DNA of 64,000 bases. Source: Eledone cirrhosa (Eukaryota). Within the stretch, counting starts at the first letter, position 1, and every line of letters starts with the position of its first letter. The stretch covers positions 42,904,001-42,968,000 of the forward strand of contig OZ024751.1 of NCBI GenBank assembly GCA_964016885.1. The letters are read 5' to 3'. Positions 15,236 through 30,464 of the stretch are shown here, piece after piece. The notes under the pieces are model-generated. The model worked only from the letters and a program-made list of their open reading frames with translations. It did not search any database and was not told the origin of the DNA. The translations under genes were made by a program, and so were the position numbers.

Positions 15236-15863
15236 CATATTTTTATACATGTATATGCATGTATGCACATATATCTGTGTACCTCTCATTATTGTATATA
15301 TACGTATATATATATATATTTGAGTGGGTTCGTGCTGTGTGTGTGTCTATTCATACATATATATATATATGTGAACATTTGTTTATATATATATGCATAT
15401 ATCTATATATCTATATGAACATTTGTTTATATGTATGCATATATGTAAATGAACATGTTTATATGTATGCATATATGTATGTACATGTATGTGTGTGTGT
15501 ATATGTGTGTGTGTATATGTGTGTGTATATGTGTCTGCTTATGATGGACTTGTGAATGACTTCCATTTTCAAGCAATCATTCGTCAGGTAGAGATTGTTA
15601 ATGGAATACATTTGCCTGAAGTCTCGCATTATGAGATCAAACCGAGATCTACATTGTTGGGGCCTTTTGTCCGACGCTCAAACGATTCTACAAAACCACT
15701 GCCCTACCAATGGCCTAATAGTAATCATTTCTAACATAGGGACAAGACCAGGAATATGGTGGGGTGGGGGTGGGGGTCAATTGATTATATCGACCTCCGT
15801 ACATATCTGATACCTTAATTTATCGATTTCGGAATATTATCTCTCTCTCTCTCTCTCGCTCGC

Positions 15864-15940
<77 letters not shown>

Positions 15941-15961
15941 CTCTCTCGCTTTCTATCTCTG

Positions 15962-16216
<255 letters not shown>

Positions 16217-16390
16217 TTGGGTGATTAATGCCTTCTTGACCACCTTTTCAGTTTTGTATGGCTTCTTAACACATTGTTTAGCTCTGGTTTTTAACTATTG
16301 AGCACTTTGCCAGTATCATTTCTGAATTTTTGTGTTTCGCTTCGCTTTTCCTGCTCGCCGAAAATACGATTCTCGCTGAATCTTTATTTG

Positions 16391-16430
<40 letters not shown>

Positions 16431-16431
<1 letters not shown>

Positions 16432-16629
16432 GTAGGTCCCGGGTTGAGTCGGGGATAACCACAGTAAGTAAGGTACTCAATACATGGCAGAGTAAAATTT
16501 TTTATTTTATAGAAGGAGCTTCTACAGGACTAGTACTGTTTCATTCAGATGAAATCTTCAGCTTCCTGAAGATTTCATCTGAATGAAACAGTACTAGTCC
16601 TGTAGAAGCTCCTTCTATAAAATAAAAAA
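16431..16629 (-). mobile_element. fold-back Penelope-like mini-element, family B (~67-nt tail plus ~130-bp near-perfect palindrome)
   Basis: Palindrome 16498-16629 centred on cttc; tail homologous to 50721-50780; in (TA)n. Confidence 0.8.
16560..16610 (+). ncRNA. minimal type I hammerhead ribozyme
   Basis: agcttc CTGAAGA t-ttc-atct-gaa-t GAAA cag-tactagtc-ctg TA gaagct; palindromic ACTAGT in loop III. Confidence 0.75.
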
Positions 16630-16771
16630 AAAATATATATATATATATATATAGTACTTTTCATAGAAATGAAACAGTTTTAGTCCTGTAGTAGTTATTT
16701 CTATACGAGTATTTCTTACGAGTAAATTTTGTAACTGTAGACACGTTCCGATACCCATCGAGAATACACTC

Positions 16772-16841
<70 letters not shown>

Positions 16842-16938
16842 TATGTAAATGGTACACAACAAAGAGGGTGTGGTAAGATAGCAGGTGGACCATAACACAC
16901 CAGAGATATTCTGCCGTCGGGGTCCTGACTCTCTTCAT

Positions 16939-16976
<38 letters not shown>

Positions 16977-17494
16977 TGTATGTATGTTTTGAATTCAAAT
17001 CCCACCAAAATCAACTTTTCATCCTTCCAGGGTCGATAACATAATATACCAGTTAAATACTGAGGTTGATTTAATCAACTTTGCCCTTTCCCCCAATTTT
17101 GCTGGCCTTACGCCTACATAACAAATCAATATATAACGCCGCCAGCTAATACAAACGAAGAGTATCCGGTGAATATTAATAGGATAGTCTGCGATCGACC
17201 CACAACCAAATTACAAAATGTTTGCTAAATTAATTTTCACCTCAATTAACCTTAAAGCCATTAGTTTTCATATATTTATTTTATATTTTTCAAGAAGTAA
17301 TTTGAGGTCATTTCTATTTCGTATATCAGTTTTTTTCTGTCAACAACCGAGACGTTTGTTGTGTTAGTATTTTTAGATTTAGAGTAAATCAGTCATTTAA
17401 GAAACTATCGGGGGTGCTAGCCTAGGGAAATATATATACTTCTATGGGTCCATCTAGATTTGTTTGTTTGTTTCGTGAAATATATATGTATATA

Positions 17495-17736
<242 letters not shown>

Positions 17737-17833
17737 TATATATATATATTTATATATATATATATTCATACATATATCTATATATATATATATAAATAAG
17801 TAAATAAATATATATATATACACACACACAACG

Positions 17834-17894
<61 letters not shown>

Positions 17895-18289
17895 GTATGT
17901 ATATATACTTCTATTGAACGAATTATATCCTATTTCTTCAGATAACTGAATTAAAGATCATACTGTGTTGGTATTCCTATCTCTTGGGATTCCTTTATTT
18001 TTAATGGAAATGAAACAGAATTCCGAGGTGTGCTTCAATTTATAACTATTTCTTTTTAACTCGTTGAAAGATGGAGGAGAATAAAGAAATGTTATCAAAA
18101 ATATAACATACTCCTTAGGGTCGTATGTTAATGGTGGAAACCTCAGGTCGCTGCACCTGGAAGGTAGGCCGTTTAATTTAGCAAATCTGATGAAAGGCAC
18201 AGTATTCTAGAATATTTTTAGATTTTGTTTTTTGTTAATGTTTATATTATTTATTCATATGATATCAAAGAGTTCCGCATTAGGTATAA

Positions 18290-18780
18290 CGGAGAAAACA
18301 TTGGAGTGTCAGATTAGATAAAGTAAAGCAACAACGGAGATAGCTGAAGTTCGGAATTGGATATAGTAGGATAAAAATTAGAGCTTTGAGTAGATAGAGT
18401 GGAACAAAGGTTGGCGTTTCAAGTTAGATTGAGTGGAACAAATATTGAAGATGTCTGGAATAAATATTGAATTTTGAAGTTAGATAGATAGAGTTAAGCA
18501 AATATTAGAGATAGCTGAAGTTCGGAATTAGATATGGTGGAAGTAAAATTGGAGCTTCGAGTTAGATAGGGGGTTGAACACAGGAATTTTGAGTTAGATA
18601 GAGTGAAGCAAACATTGGAGATATCCGAATTTTGGAATTAAATATAGTGGAAGAAAAACTGTAGCTTCAAGTTAGATAGATGGAGTGGGGCGATCATCGG
18701 AGATAGCTGAATTTCAGAATTAGATATAGTGGAACAAACATTAAAGATATAGTGGAACAAACATTAAAGATATCGAAAGA
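18290..18780. repeat. old degenerate minisatellite
   Basis: Recurring ttagatagagtggaacaaa and ggagatagctgaagttcggaattagatatagtgg motifs. Confidence 0.65.
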
Positions 18781-19410
18781 TTCTGAGGTTAATCAACAAA
18801 TCTTTCAAGATTGCAACGAGCTAACGAGAGAATCTTTACGAGGTGATACGGTCTAATGGAGAAATCAGCCATTATCCCCTCAGTCTACCTCAATATTCAG
18901 CAAAAAGTTATTGCTTGCTTCTATATCTAGCTTAGAAGTAAATATCTAGAAGCATAATAGGTTAGGGTGACACAACTTCACCACCAGTTTACAGTAGACC
19001 ATAAAACGTATGTGGGTAGAAGATCAGTCTGTCAAGGACCTCAACCATATGTTATGTGGTCTTTGATGGCGCCACAGAATTATCGGTCTTGAAGTTACTA
19101 AATTAGGCCCCCTACTGTCAAAATCCTAGTCCTTCACTCTGGATAGACCCATAGTGAGTGCTGTCATCCAAACCCAACTAGACTCAGAACTCGTTGTCTG
19201 AAGTAACTAAAACACTAAACTTAAAGAAGAAGAACATTTTAGTTACGTTTTTGTATTATTTTTGCAAGGTTCTTAATGTTAAATCGTGTGTTGAAACAGA
19301 TGGAAGAACCGTTGAAATCTAAACTATAATAAAGTAAGAAGCGCGGGATTGCGTACGGTTTATAATTTTTTATCCCATTAGTAAAATAAGTTAGATTACT
19401 TTGAATAAAT

Positions 19411-19672
19411 AATTGTTTCTACTTTTGGCACAAGGCCAGCAAATACCCAATGCATTACTGGTACTTTATTCTATCGACCCCGGAAGAATGAAAGGCAAAG
19501 TTAACCTCGGCGGGATTTGAACTTACTTTGAATAAATAATGGTTTCTTATTTAGGCACAAGGCCATCAATGGGGGGGGGTCGATGAAAATGACCCCAGTG
19601 CGTGACTGGTACTTTATTTTATCGACCCCGTAAGGATGAAAGGCAAAGTTAACCTCGGCGGGATTTGAACTT
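19411..19672 (-). mobile_element. two tandem 5'-truncated CORE-type SINEs
   Basis: Both end at gggatttgaacttactttgaataaataat. Confidence 0.8.
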
Positions 19673-20015
19673 ACTTTGAATAAATAATGAATGAATATTA
19701 CATAATTTAGCTACTAAATTTCGTGGCTGTTCATTAAATATATTTTATTATTTATTTAAAGATTCACTTCTTTAAAATTTTTAAATGTCAACATTTCCGG
19801 TGGCGATCGCTTAAATAAACATATTTTTCTGTCACTAATTTTCTCCTAATGCAATTTATGTATAATATCGTCTTTTTTTAATGTATCATGGATTACGTTA
19901 CTGATTACTTCAGACACACGAAGCGTGGTTTTTCTGCTAGTAATTATAATGAATAAACAACTCATGTAACTTCAGCATCTTTATTAATGTTATTATATAT
20001 ATATATATATATATA

Positions 20016-20210
20016 ACGAAGGAGTTGTGGTAAGGAACCAGATGGACCATAACGCACCAGAGTACTCAATACTTAGGGTAGTAGAGTGGGTAATAGGAAA
20101 ATGTATGACCCCGACGGCAGAGCTCAAGCCGTTTCAACGGCTATTTCTGAATAGCCGTCGAAATAGCCGTCGAAACGGCTTGAGCTCTGCTGTCGGGGTA
20201 ATACATTTTC
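20016..20210 (-). mobile_element. family A fold-back element
   Basis: Same tail as 5621; inversion centred in putative stem II (cggctatt...aatagccg). Confidence 0.75.
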
Positions 20211-20655
20211 ATATATATATTCCCTTGCCGGAATTAACACGTGATAATTATAGATACGATAAGCAGCATGTAGCAGCAACATATAATTTATCACTCCGAT
20301 CCTAGGAAGAGCGATAAACCTGTTGATAAACTGAATCCTACGTTCGATCACCAATACCATGAGCTTGCCTTTCAAGTAAGTCTGATATTTGATTTCGGAT
20401 TCAAAGAAACACTTTAAACGATTGTTCGTTTAATTTGTCCAGGTGTACTTTTCTCAAACTGTTAGTTCTATCATTACTTTGGTATAGTATTGTGTGTTAG
20501 ATTTGCCTACCACATTGTTCGATTTGTCAAGCTATTTAAACGTATGTTATTACTCTAAGGCTCTAACTTATCGAGTGCTTTGCTAACTCATCATTTCATA
20601 TAAGTAGGCCGAATTTACTTGCAAAGCGCCAGAGATTCGATTTTACTAAATTTCC

Positions 20656-20701
<46 letters not shown>

Positions 20702-20759
20702 AACATTAATGGTATAATGGTAATGAGTCAGGTATGTTAGACATCTATTATTATGTTGT

Positions 20760-20905
20760 CCCAGCATAGTTACCTCCCTTTACGATCTGAGTTCAAATCC
20801 CGCCGAGGTTGACTTTGCCTTTCATCCTTACGGGGTCGATAAAATAAAGTACCAGTAATGCACTGGGTAATTGCTGGCCTTGTGCCAATAGTAGAAACAA
20901 TTATT
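20760..20905 (+). mobile_element. CORE-type SINE, 5'-truncated, with target-site duplication
   Basis: attattatgttgtccca on both sides; B box gagttcaaatcc. Confidence 0.85.
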
Positions 20906-21484
20906 ATGTTGTCCCAAATCAGTTATTTAAGATCACAGTGGAGGTCAGAAATGGTAAGAGTATGGAAAAATAAACATTTATGTCAGTGGTTTAGAAGAGT
21001 TGTATTCCGACATTGAAAAAACACAAATGATTTAGAAATTATTTTTCTGTTCTTTGAAGTGGGCCAAACATTTCCTAAGAGATATTGGCACAATGTCGTG
21101 TTGTCTGAAACAGCAATTTGGTTTGCTTGAGTCAGGTAATCACAGAAGTAATTTCTAGTAGAGATTTCTCTCATATTGGCAGGAATAGACGTTTGTTTCT
21201 GTTCAGCCGCAGGTTATTCCATCTGATCCAATAAACAGATAATCAAAGATATTTCAACCGAAACAATAACATCTTCGTTTCTCATGCTATTATCGGTCTT
21301 GGTTTATCTAAGACTATATTATCTAATGTGTCCCTAACGTAAAGACGTAAAGATGGTTGTAGAGTGTTATTTGAGGAAGATTTGGCTTCTAATTTCTAGC
21401 AGATGAAGTGATCTTGTAGATAGTCTGAGCTTTGGCACTCTCACCATACTGCTGCTGCTACTGGCAGCTACTGCTGCTGCTACA

Positions 21485-21544
<60 letters not shown>

Positions 21545-21622
21545 GCAATACTACTACCACTACTACTACTACTAATAATAATAATACAATCACCACCACT
21601 ACTCGTACCACCACCAACAAAC

Positions 21623-21696
<74 letters not shown>

Positions 21697-21699
<3 letters not shown>

Positions 21700-21811
21700 A
21701 AAAGAGTCAGGACCCCGACGGCTGAGCTCAAGCCGTTTCGACGGCTAATTCTGGACGGAATTAGCCGTCGAAACGGTTTGAGCTCAGCCGTCGGGGTCCT
21801 ACTCTTTTCCT
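21697..21811. mobile_element. family A fold-back element, symmetric, no tail
   Basis: ~115-bp palindrome centred on gacggctaattc-tggacg-gaattagccgtc. Confidence 0.8.
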
Positions 21812-21830
21812 ATATATATATATATATATA

Positions 21831-22132
21831 TAGTTAGTCCTTCATCAGTGATCTTCCAACCATCATTGGTATTTCATCGCTTTAAAGACCATATACCTCC
21901 GGTTGGTGCGAGCAACGGCTAAAAAAAGTCGTTGGGACACAAAAAGTCGTTGGGACACAAAAATGGTGAGCAACGAATGCTCACCATTTTTGTTGTTTAC
22001 ACTCTTGTCCCCTTTATTTACGTGTCCCAATGACTTTTTTTTAGCCGTTGCTCGCACCAACCGGAGGTATATGGTCTTTAAAGCGATGAAATACTAATGA
22101 TGGTTGGAAGATCACTGATGAAGGACTAACTA
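21831..22132. mobile_element. fold-back/MITE-like element with ~115-bp inverted arms in (TA)n; homologue at 38453-38540
   Basis: tagttagtccttcatcagtgatc...gttgggacac vs gtgtcccaatgac...gatcactgatgaaggactaacta. Confidence 0.8.
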
Positions 22133-22288
22133 TATATATGTATATATATATATATATAAACGGAAAAAATGAAACTAAATTTCATTTCCCACTCTTAGTA
22201 CGGCTGTTACTTAAATATAAGTATGTACACGTATAAACCCATGCAAGCGTGGAACACGGACGTTAAACGTTGATGATGATAATGATGA

Positions 22289-22369
<81 letters not shown>

Positions 22370-22372
22370 GAC

Positions 22373-22452
<80 letters not shown>

Positions 22453-22800
22453 CATACGACGAGTGTAAAAGGCAATATGCGCAATATAGAAGTCAGGAAA
22501 CGATAATAGATGTGAGAGAATGGCGTTCATTTAAATAATATATTCAAAATATATCGAAGAAACCTCGCCATCTTGGCGCCTGCATTATATTATGTAAGGA
22601 GATAAACTGTATTTTATAAATTCTATCTATCAGGGGGTGTTTGTTGGGAGGGATTGATTTAGGGGACTATGTGGGTCTGGTGGTGGTGGCGGTGGTGGTA
22701 GTGGTTGTAGTGATTGCGGTGGTGGTGGTGTTGTTAGGGGTTGTGGTGGTGTTAGTGGAGGAAATAGTATTATCTGCAGGAGGTTATTATGGTGGTTGTG

Positions 22801-22868
<68 letters not shown>

Positions 22869-23028
22869 CATATATATTTACATATATATATATATTTATA
22901 CATATATATAAATATATATTTATATATGTATGTATATATATATATGTATCTAGCTATCTATATATATACATATATATATATGCATATATATATATATATA
23001 TACATATATATTATATATATAGATATAG

Positions 23029-23103
<75 letters not shown>

Positions 23104-23135
23104 TACATACATACATACATACATACATACATACA

Positions 23136-23220
<85 letters not shown>

Positions 23221-23239
23221 TTCGTTTCTGAATTTGTAT

Positions 23240-23361
<122 letters not shown>

Positions 23362-23765
23362 GAAGCACGATTTTGTTTCTGTTGTCGTTTTCTTTTTGTT
23401 GTGTTCGTCTTGTTTTTCTCGTTCCTTCTCAATGTGTTTGTTATGACAATGTAAGTTTAAAATGTTGGAACTTTTCCCAGGAATCTAACATGCCAAACGA
23501 TCATTATATTCCATATTGTTTTGTGTTAAGCATGTACTATTTACATTTGAACTCTGACCTCATCACAATACACATAGAAGCACACCCGCACGCACACACA
23601 CCCACATACACACCCCAACACTCACATGCGTAAACTTACACATGCAAACACCCAGGCGCACACGCATTATAATTTCATGGTCCTTTCAACTTCACTTCAT
23701 CCATGAAATATATTCTAGCACACATATACTTACATATACATACGTGTATGTACATGTATATATAT

Positions 23766-23814
<49 letters not shown>

Positions 23815-23967
23815 GGGGGAGGGGTTCAATTATTGTACATAAGAATCTGATTACATACACTGACACATACATGTGAGTATATATATAGGTGTGAGTGTAA
23901 GAATATATGCGTACATTATATATATATATATATATATACACATGTATGTATATATAATTATATATAT

Positions 23968-24065
<98 letters not shown>

Positions 24066-24262
24066 CTATATATAATTATATATATATACATACATATATA
24101 TATATATATTTATATATATATATATATATATATACATGCATACATGAAGGACTAGCGTCCGAAACATTAGGACCCTCTTCCTGCTATATCAAGCGTTACA
24201 AGCGTTAACCTAATATATACCTTCCATATACTGTACCGATTGTTTTGTTATTTATGTATACC

Positions 24263-24396
<134 letters not shown>

Positions 24397-24854
24397 TAAC
24401 ACAACGTACATTACACTTCCTATTACTTTGTTCTTTATTGATTTAAGTGTTTATTTCGTACAGTTTTTGCATTCCTGAATATTTTAGTGGGAGAATGGTG
24501 GTGGGGTGGGGGCAGAATTAAAGGCGTGGTGGTATGGAATGATATACCATTTGTTTCTTATGGTATGGAAGGAACTGTAGAATTCCAAATAAATATATCA
24601 GGGAACAATTTATGATAGTTATTGAATTGGCAGAATTGGCAGAATTGGCAGAAATGTGGGTAGAATGGGTGGTGGTACACGGTCCAGCTCTCTGCTCTCT
24701 TTGAGTTCAAATCCCACAAAAATTAAATTTGCTTGTCTTACTTTCGAGATTGATAAAAAAAAATGTACCAGTTCAGTCGTGGGGTCAATTCTACTTCTAC
24801 ATCTCTATCATACTTCCTGAGAAGCAGCTGGAATTCATAACAACGTCTTTCAGC

Positions 24855-24894
<40 letters not shown>

Positions 24895-25093
24895 TTCATT
24901 TATTGGCCACAAGGGCCGACATATAGGGGACAATACAAAAAACTGGGACAGTGGGGTTTTACAGAAAAATCGAGTAAACAATATGAATAAACAAAGTAAC
25001 AATAACAAAGTAACAATAAAGTAACAATAAAATTACAACAAGAAAAAATTCCCCAAATGGGGGGATGACCACCTAGGGTTCGCTCAGGTGTCC
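24895..25093 (-). mobile_element. Tx1/L1-like LINE 3' UTR end
   Basis: Terminus tttattggccacaaggg matches the 3' termini at 42330, 42725, 46898, 47056. Confidence 0.55.
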
Positions 25094-25104
25094 AATAATA
25101 ATAA

Positions 25105-25985
25105 TAATTGTTTCTACTTTTGGCACAAGGCCAGCAATTACCCAGTACATTACTGGTACTTTATTTTATCGACCCCGTAAGGATGAAAGGCAAATAATAA
25201 TAATACAGGTTGATCGACTGGCACCTATGCAAAGTAAACAATTTACCACATTCTGAGAAGTGGTGTGAGCATAAGCCAGAGTCGGTGATAGAAAACAATC
25301 AGGTAAAGGTGCTATGGGATCTTAGGATACAGATGGACATGAAACTGGAACACTTCAAAAGGCATGCTTGTTGGGAACACCAAGAACCTTCCGATACTTC
25401 CTGAATGTCTGAGGCTGCAGGTAGCGACTTGATATTAATTTCAACAAACTTTCCAGTTAAATAACTGTTTCTACTTTAGGCACAAGGCCAGCAATTACCC
25501 AGTGCATTACTGGTACTTTATTTTATCGACCCCGTAAGGATGAAAGGCAAATAATAATAATACAGGTTGATCGACTGGCACCTATGCAAAGTAAACAATT
25601 TACCACATTCTGAGAAGTGGTGTGAGCATAAGCCAGAGTCGGTGATAGAAAACAATCAGGTAAAGGTGCTATGGGATCTTAGGATACAGATGGACATGAA
25701 ACTGGAACACTTCAAAAGGCATGCTTGTTGGGAACACCAAGAACCTTCCGATACTTCCTGAATGTCTGAGGCTGCAGGTAGCGACTTGATATTAATTTCA
25801 ACAAACTTTCCAGTTAAATAACTGTTTCTACTTTAGGCACAAGGCCAGCAATTACCCAGTGCATTACTGGTACTTTATTTTATCGACCCCGTAAGGATGA
25901 AAGGCAAAGTTAACCTCGGCGGGATTTGAGGTTGACTTTGCCTTTAACTTTCCATTTAAATAACATCAATGACTGAGACACAAAT
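25105..25985. mobile_element. 357-bp tandem duplication of (SINE fragment on - plus internally deleted Dong-like LINE fragment on +)
   Basis: Identical ORFs at 25210 and 25567 (LPHSEKWCEHKPESVIENNQVKVLWDLRIQ); Dong 3' end taacatcaatgactgagac at ~25960. Confidence 0.85.
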
Positions 25986-26044
25986 AATAATAATAATAAT
26001 AAAAACTGCAACAATTGGATCTACATATCTAAGGGAATCACATG

Positions 26045-26189
26045 ATTGGCAGGGTTTACAATAGGGGGCAGACTTCCGAAGGCCATCGTGGAGAAAGCCC
26101 ATTTTTCTACATTCAATTTACAGGCACATACTCAGAGTATTCACTTGGGCCATTCTTGCCTCTCTCACCCATCTTTCAACAAAATGCTG

Positions 26190-26190
<1 letters not shown>
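26045..26190 (-). mobile_element. Tx1/L1-like LINE ORF2 C-terminus fragment
   Basis: QHFVERWVREARMAQVNTLSMCL*, homologous to the peptide at 42570-42705. Confidence 0.6.
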
Positions 26191-26254
<64 letters not shown>

Positions 26255-26257
<3 letters not shown>

Positions 26258-26468
26258 GCTTCTTATATAGGCACAAGGCCAGCAATTTTGGGGGAAGGGA
26301 AAGTGGATTAAAATCCACCCCAGTACATTACTGGTACTTTATTTTATCGACCCCGTAAGGATGAAAGGTAAAGTTAACCTCGGCGGGATTTGAGCTCAGA
26401 CTGTAAAGGGCCGTAACTGTATGCGTCAAAGCATGGCGTCCAAACCTCTACCGATACTGCCGATCCAC
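26255..26468 (-). mobile_element. full-length CORE-type SINE
   Basis: A/B boxes and core on minus strand, (ATT)n tail. Confidence 0.85.
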
Positions 26469-26487
26469 TATATATATATATATGTGT

Positions 26488-26558
<71 letters not shown>

Positions 26559-26610
26559 GTGTGTGCGTGCGTGCGTGCGTGCGTGCGTGTGTGCGTGCGT
26601 GCGTGCGCGC

Positions 26611-26677
<67 letters not shown>

Positions 26678-27144
26678 TGTGTTTTTATACATGTGTCTAT
26701 TATGTATGTATGAATATTGCTTCAATTAACGAAGGCTTGATGCAATCAGTCGATGGTCGTAGATGCTGGTGTTTGGAATGGAACCCAATAAAACATATAG
26801 AACGAAACTCTACTATTTGTAGTTATCATTAACAACGCAACGGTGGTTAGGATTGATTTCAAGATATGAGAATATCGTGAATATCGTGCTTGGTTTTTAT
26901 GAATGAGGGGGATGGAATAAAAGTTTAAAATGGTAGAAAATATAATATATAAAAATACAAACAAACATATGTATATTTAGAACATTATAACGAAATGATA
27001 AGAGATCTGTGCTAGAGCTTCGTTTAAAATATCACAAGTTCAAAGAGTTAAAGAAGAGAAGCAATAAATGTTTGCTCGTATGATCTGAGATTCTACAAAG
27101 CTGGAAATTAGCATTTGGAGGCTCTATCTATACTATTGATAAAT

Positions 27145-28325
<1,181 letters not shown>

Positions 28326-28377
28326 AGAAATTTCTAGGGCTGTTTAAATGGTACAAAAAAGCCCAATAAAATACATG

Positions 28378-28397
28378 AAAGAGAGAGAGATAGAGTC

Positions 28398-28428
<31 letters not shown>

Positions 28429-28451
28429 AAGATAGATAGAGAGAGAGAGAT

Positions 28452-28498
<47 letters not shown>

Positions 28499-28518
28499 GG
28501 AGAGAGAGGGAGAGAGAG

Positions 28519-28577
<59 letters not shown>

Positions 28578-28666
28578 AGAGAGAGAGAGAGAGAGATAAA
28601 GAGATATGGAGAGAGAGAAATATGGACAGATATGGAGAGAGAAAGAGAGAGGGAGATAAGGAGAGT

Positions 28667-28703
<37 letters not shown>

Positions 28704-28840
28704 GGAGAGATATGGAGAGAGAGATAGTGAGAGATAAAGAGAGAGAGATACATAGAGAGGAAGGGAGATAGAGAGAAAGAAGGAGCACGAGGGAAAGAGT
28801 AAGATAGTTAGATATAGAAACAGAAAGAGAGAGAGAGTAT
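28378..28840. repeat. (GA)n-rich tract
   Basis: Direct reading. Confidence 0.95.
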
Positions 28841-28857
28841 ATATACATTTGTGGGCC

Positions 28858-29460
28858 TGTGTATTACGTGTCCATTATGTGTGTATTACGTGTGTATTAT
28901 GTGTGTATTACGTGTGTATTCTGTGTGTAATATGTGTGTATTATATGTGTATAGGGTGGTGAATTGGCAGTATCGGTAGAGGGTCGGACGCCATGCTTTG
29001 ACGCATAGAGTTACGGCCCTTGCCATTCTGAGTTCAAATCCCGCCGAGGTTAACTTTGCCTTTCATCCTTACGGGGTCTATAAAACAAAGTACCAGTAAT
29101 GCACTGGTTATTTGCTGGCCTTGTGCCAATAGTAGGAAAAATTATATGTGTACTATGTGTGTATTATGTGTGTATTATGTGTGTATTACGTGCGTATTAC
29201 GTGCGTATTATGTGTTTATTATGTGTTTATTATGTGTGTATAACGTGTGTATTCTGTGTGCATTATGTGTGCATTATGTGTGTATTATGTGTGTATTATG
29301 TGTGTATTATGTGTTTATTATGTGTTTATTATGTGTGTATAACGTGTGTATTCTGTGTGCATTATGTGTGTATTATGTGTGTATTATGTGTGTATTATGT
29401 GTGTATTACGTGTGTATTATGTATGTATTACGTGTGTATTATGTGTGTATTACGTGTGTG
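28858..29460. repeat. 11-bp minisatellite (gtgtattatgt) interrupted by a SINE
   Basis: Unit present on both sides of the SINE at 28954-29145. Confidence 0.9.
28954..29145 (+). mobile_element. full-length CORE-type SINE
   Basis: tggcagtatcggtag (A box), gagttcaaatcc (B box), core; near-identical to 48598, 52065, 53868. Confidence 0.9.
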
Positions 29461-29467
29461 TTGACAC

Positions 29468-29745
29468 AGCATGGCCGAATGGTTAAAACGCTCGCTTTAC
29501 AATCATTAGGTCCCGGGTTCGATTCCACTGTAGGACATGCTGGGCAAGTACCACTTACCATAGCCCCAGGTTGACACAAGCCTTGTGAATGACATTGGGT
29601 AGACATAAACTATTTATAAGCCCGTCCATGCTGAATCTCCCTGAGAAATACATTAAAGGAAGGTATACGTGTCTGTGAAATGTTCAGCATATTTGGACGT
29701 TAATTTCACTCGATCAGATTCTTCAGTTGATCAAAGAGCTGGGGA
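29468..29745 (+). mobile_element. second tRNA-derived SINE family, diverged
   Basis: tggccgaatggttaa (A box), ggttcgattcc (B box). Confidence 0.65.
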
Positions 29746-29874
29746 AGTCATCGTCGAGACCGACAGAGGTCCCTTAATCGATCGGTTTGTGTGTGTAGGG
29801 GTGGGGGGTTAGAAAAAGTGAGATAGGAAAAACGAAACAAGTTCAGAAAAAGATATATATGTATATATATATGC

Positions 29875-29916
<42 letters not shown>

Positions 29917-29918
29917 GC

Positions 29919-29956
<38 letters not shown>

Positions 29957-29991
29957 CTATATATATATATCTATATATATCTATATATATA

Positions 29992-30100
<109 letters not shown>

Positions 30101-30183
30101 TTGTGTGTATATATATATATAAATATATATATATATACATGCATATATATACATATATCTTTTTCTGAACTTATTTCTCATAC

Positions 30184-30229
<46 letters not shown>

Positions 30230-30230
30230 T

Positions 30231-30264
<34 letters not shown>

Positions 30265-30268
30265 CATT

Positions 30269-30304
<36 letters not shown>

Positions 30305-30324
30305 CATATACGTATATATATATA

Positions 30325-30464
<140 letters not shown>

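Noticed and set aside
26570-26630. (CG)n/(TG)n potential Z-DNA; G-rich 18-bp triplet repeat at 48133-48193
   Set aside because: Ordinary microsatellite variation with no evidence of function
28954-29145. tRNA genes suggested by A/B boxes (also 29468, 31557)
   Set aside because: No full cloverleaf; they continue into SINE core and tail and are multicopy
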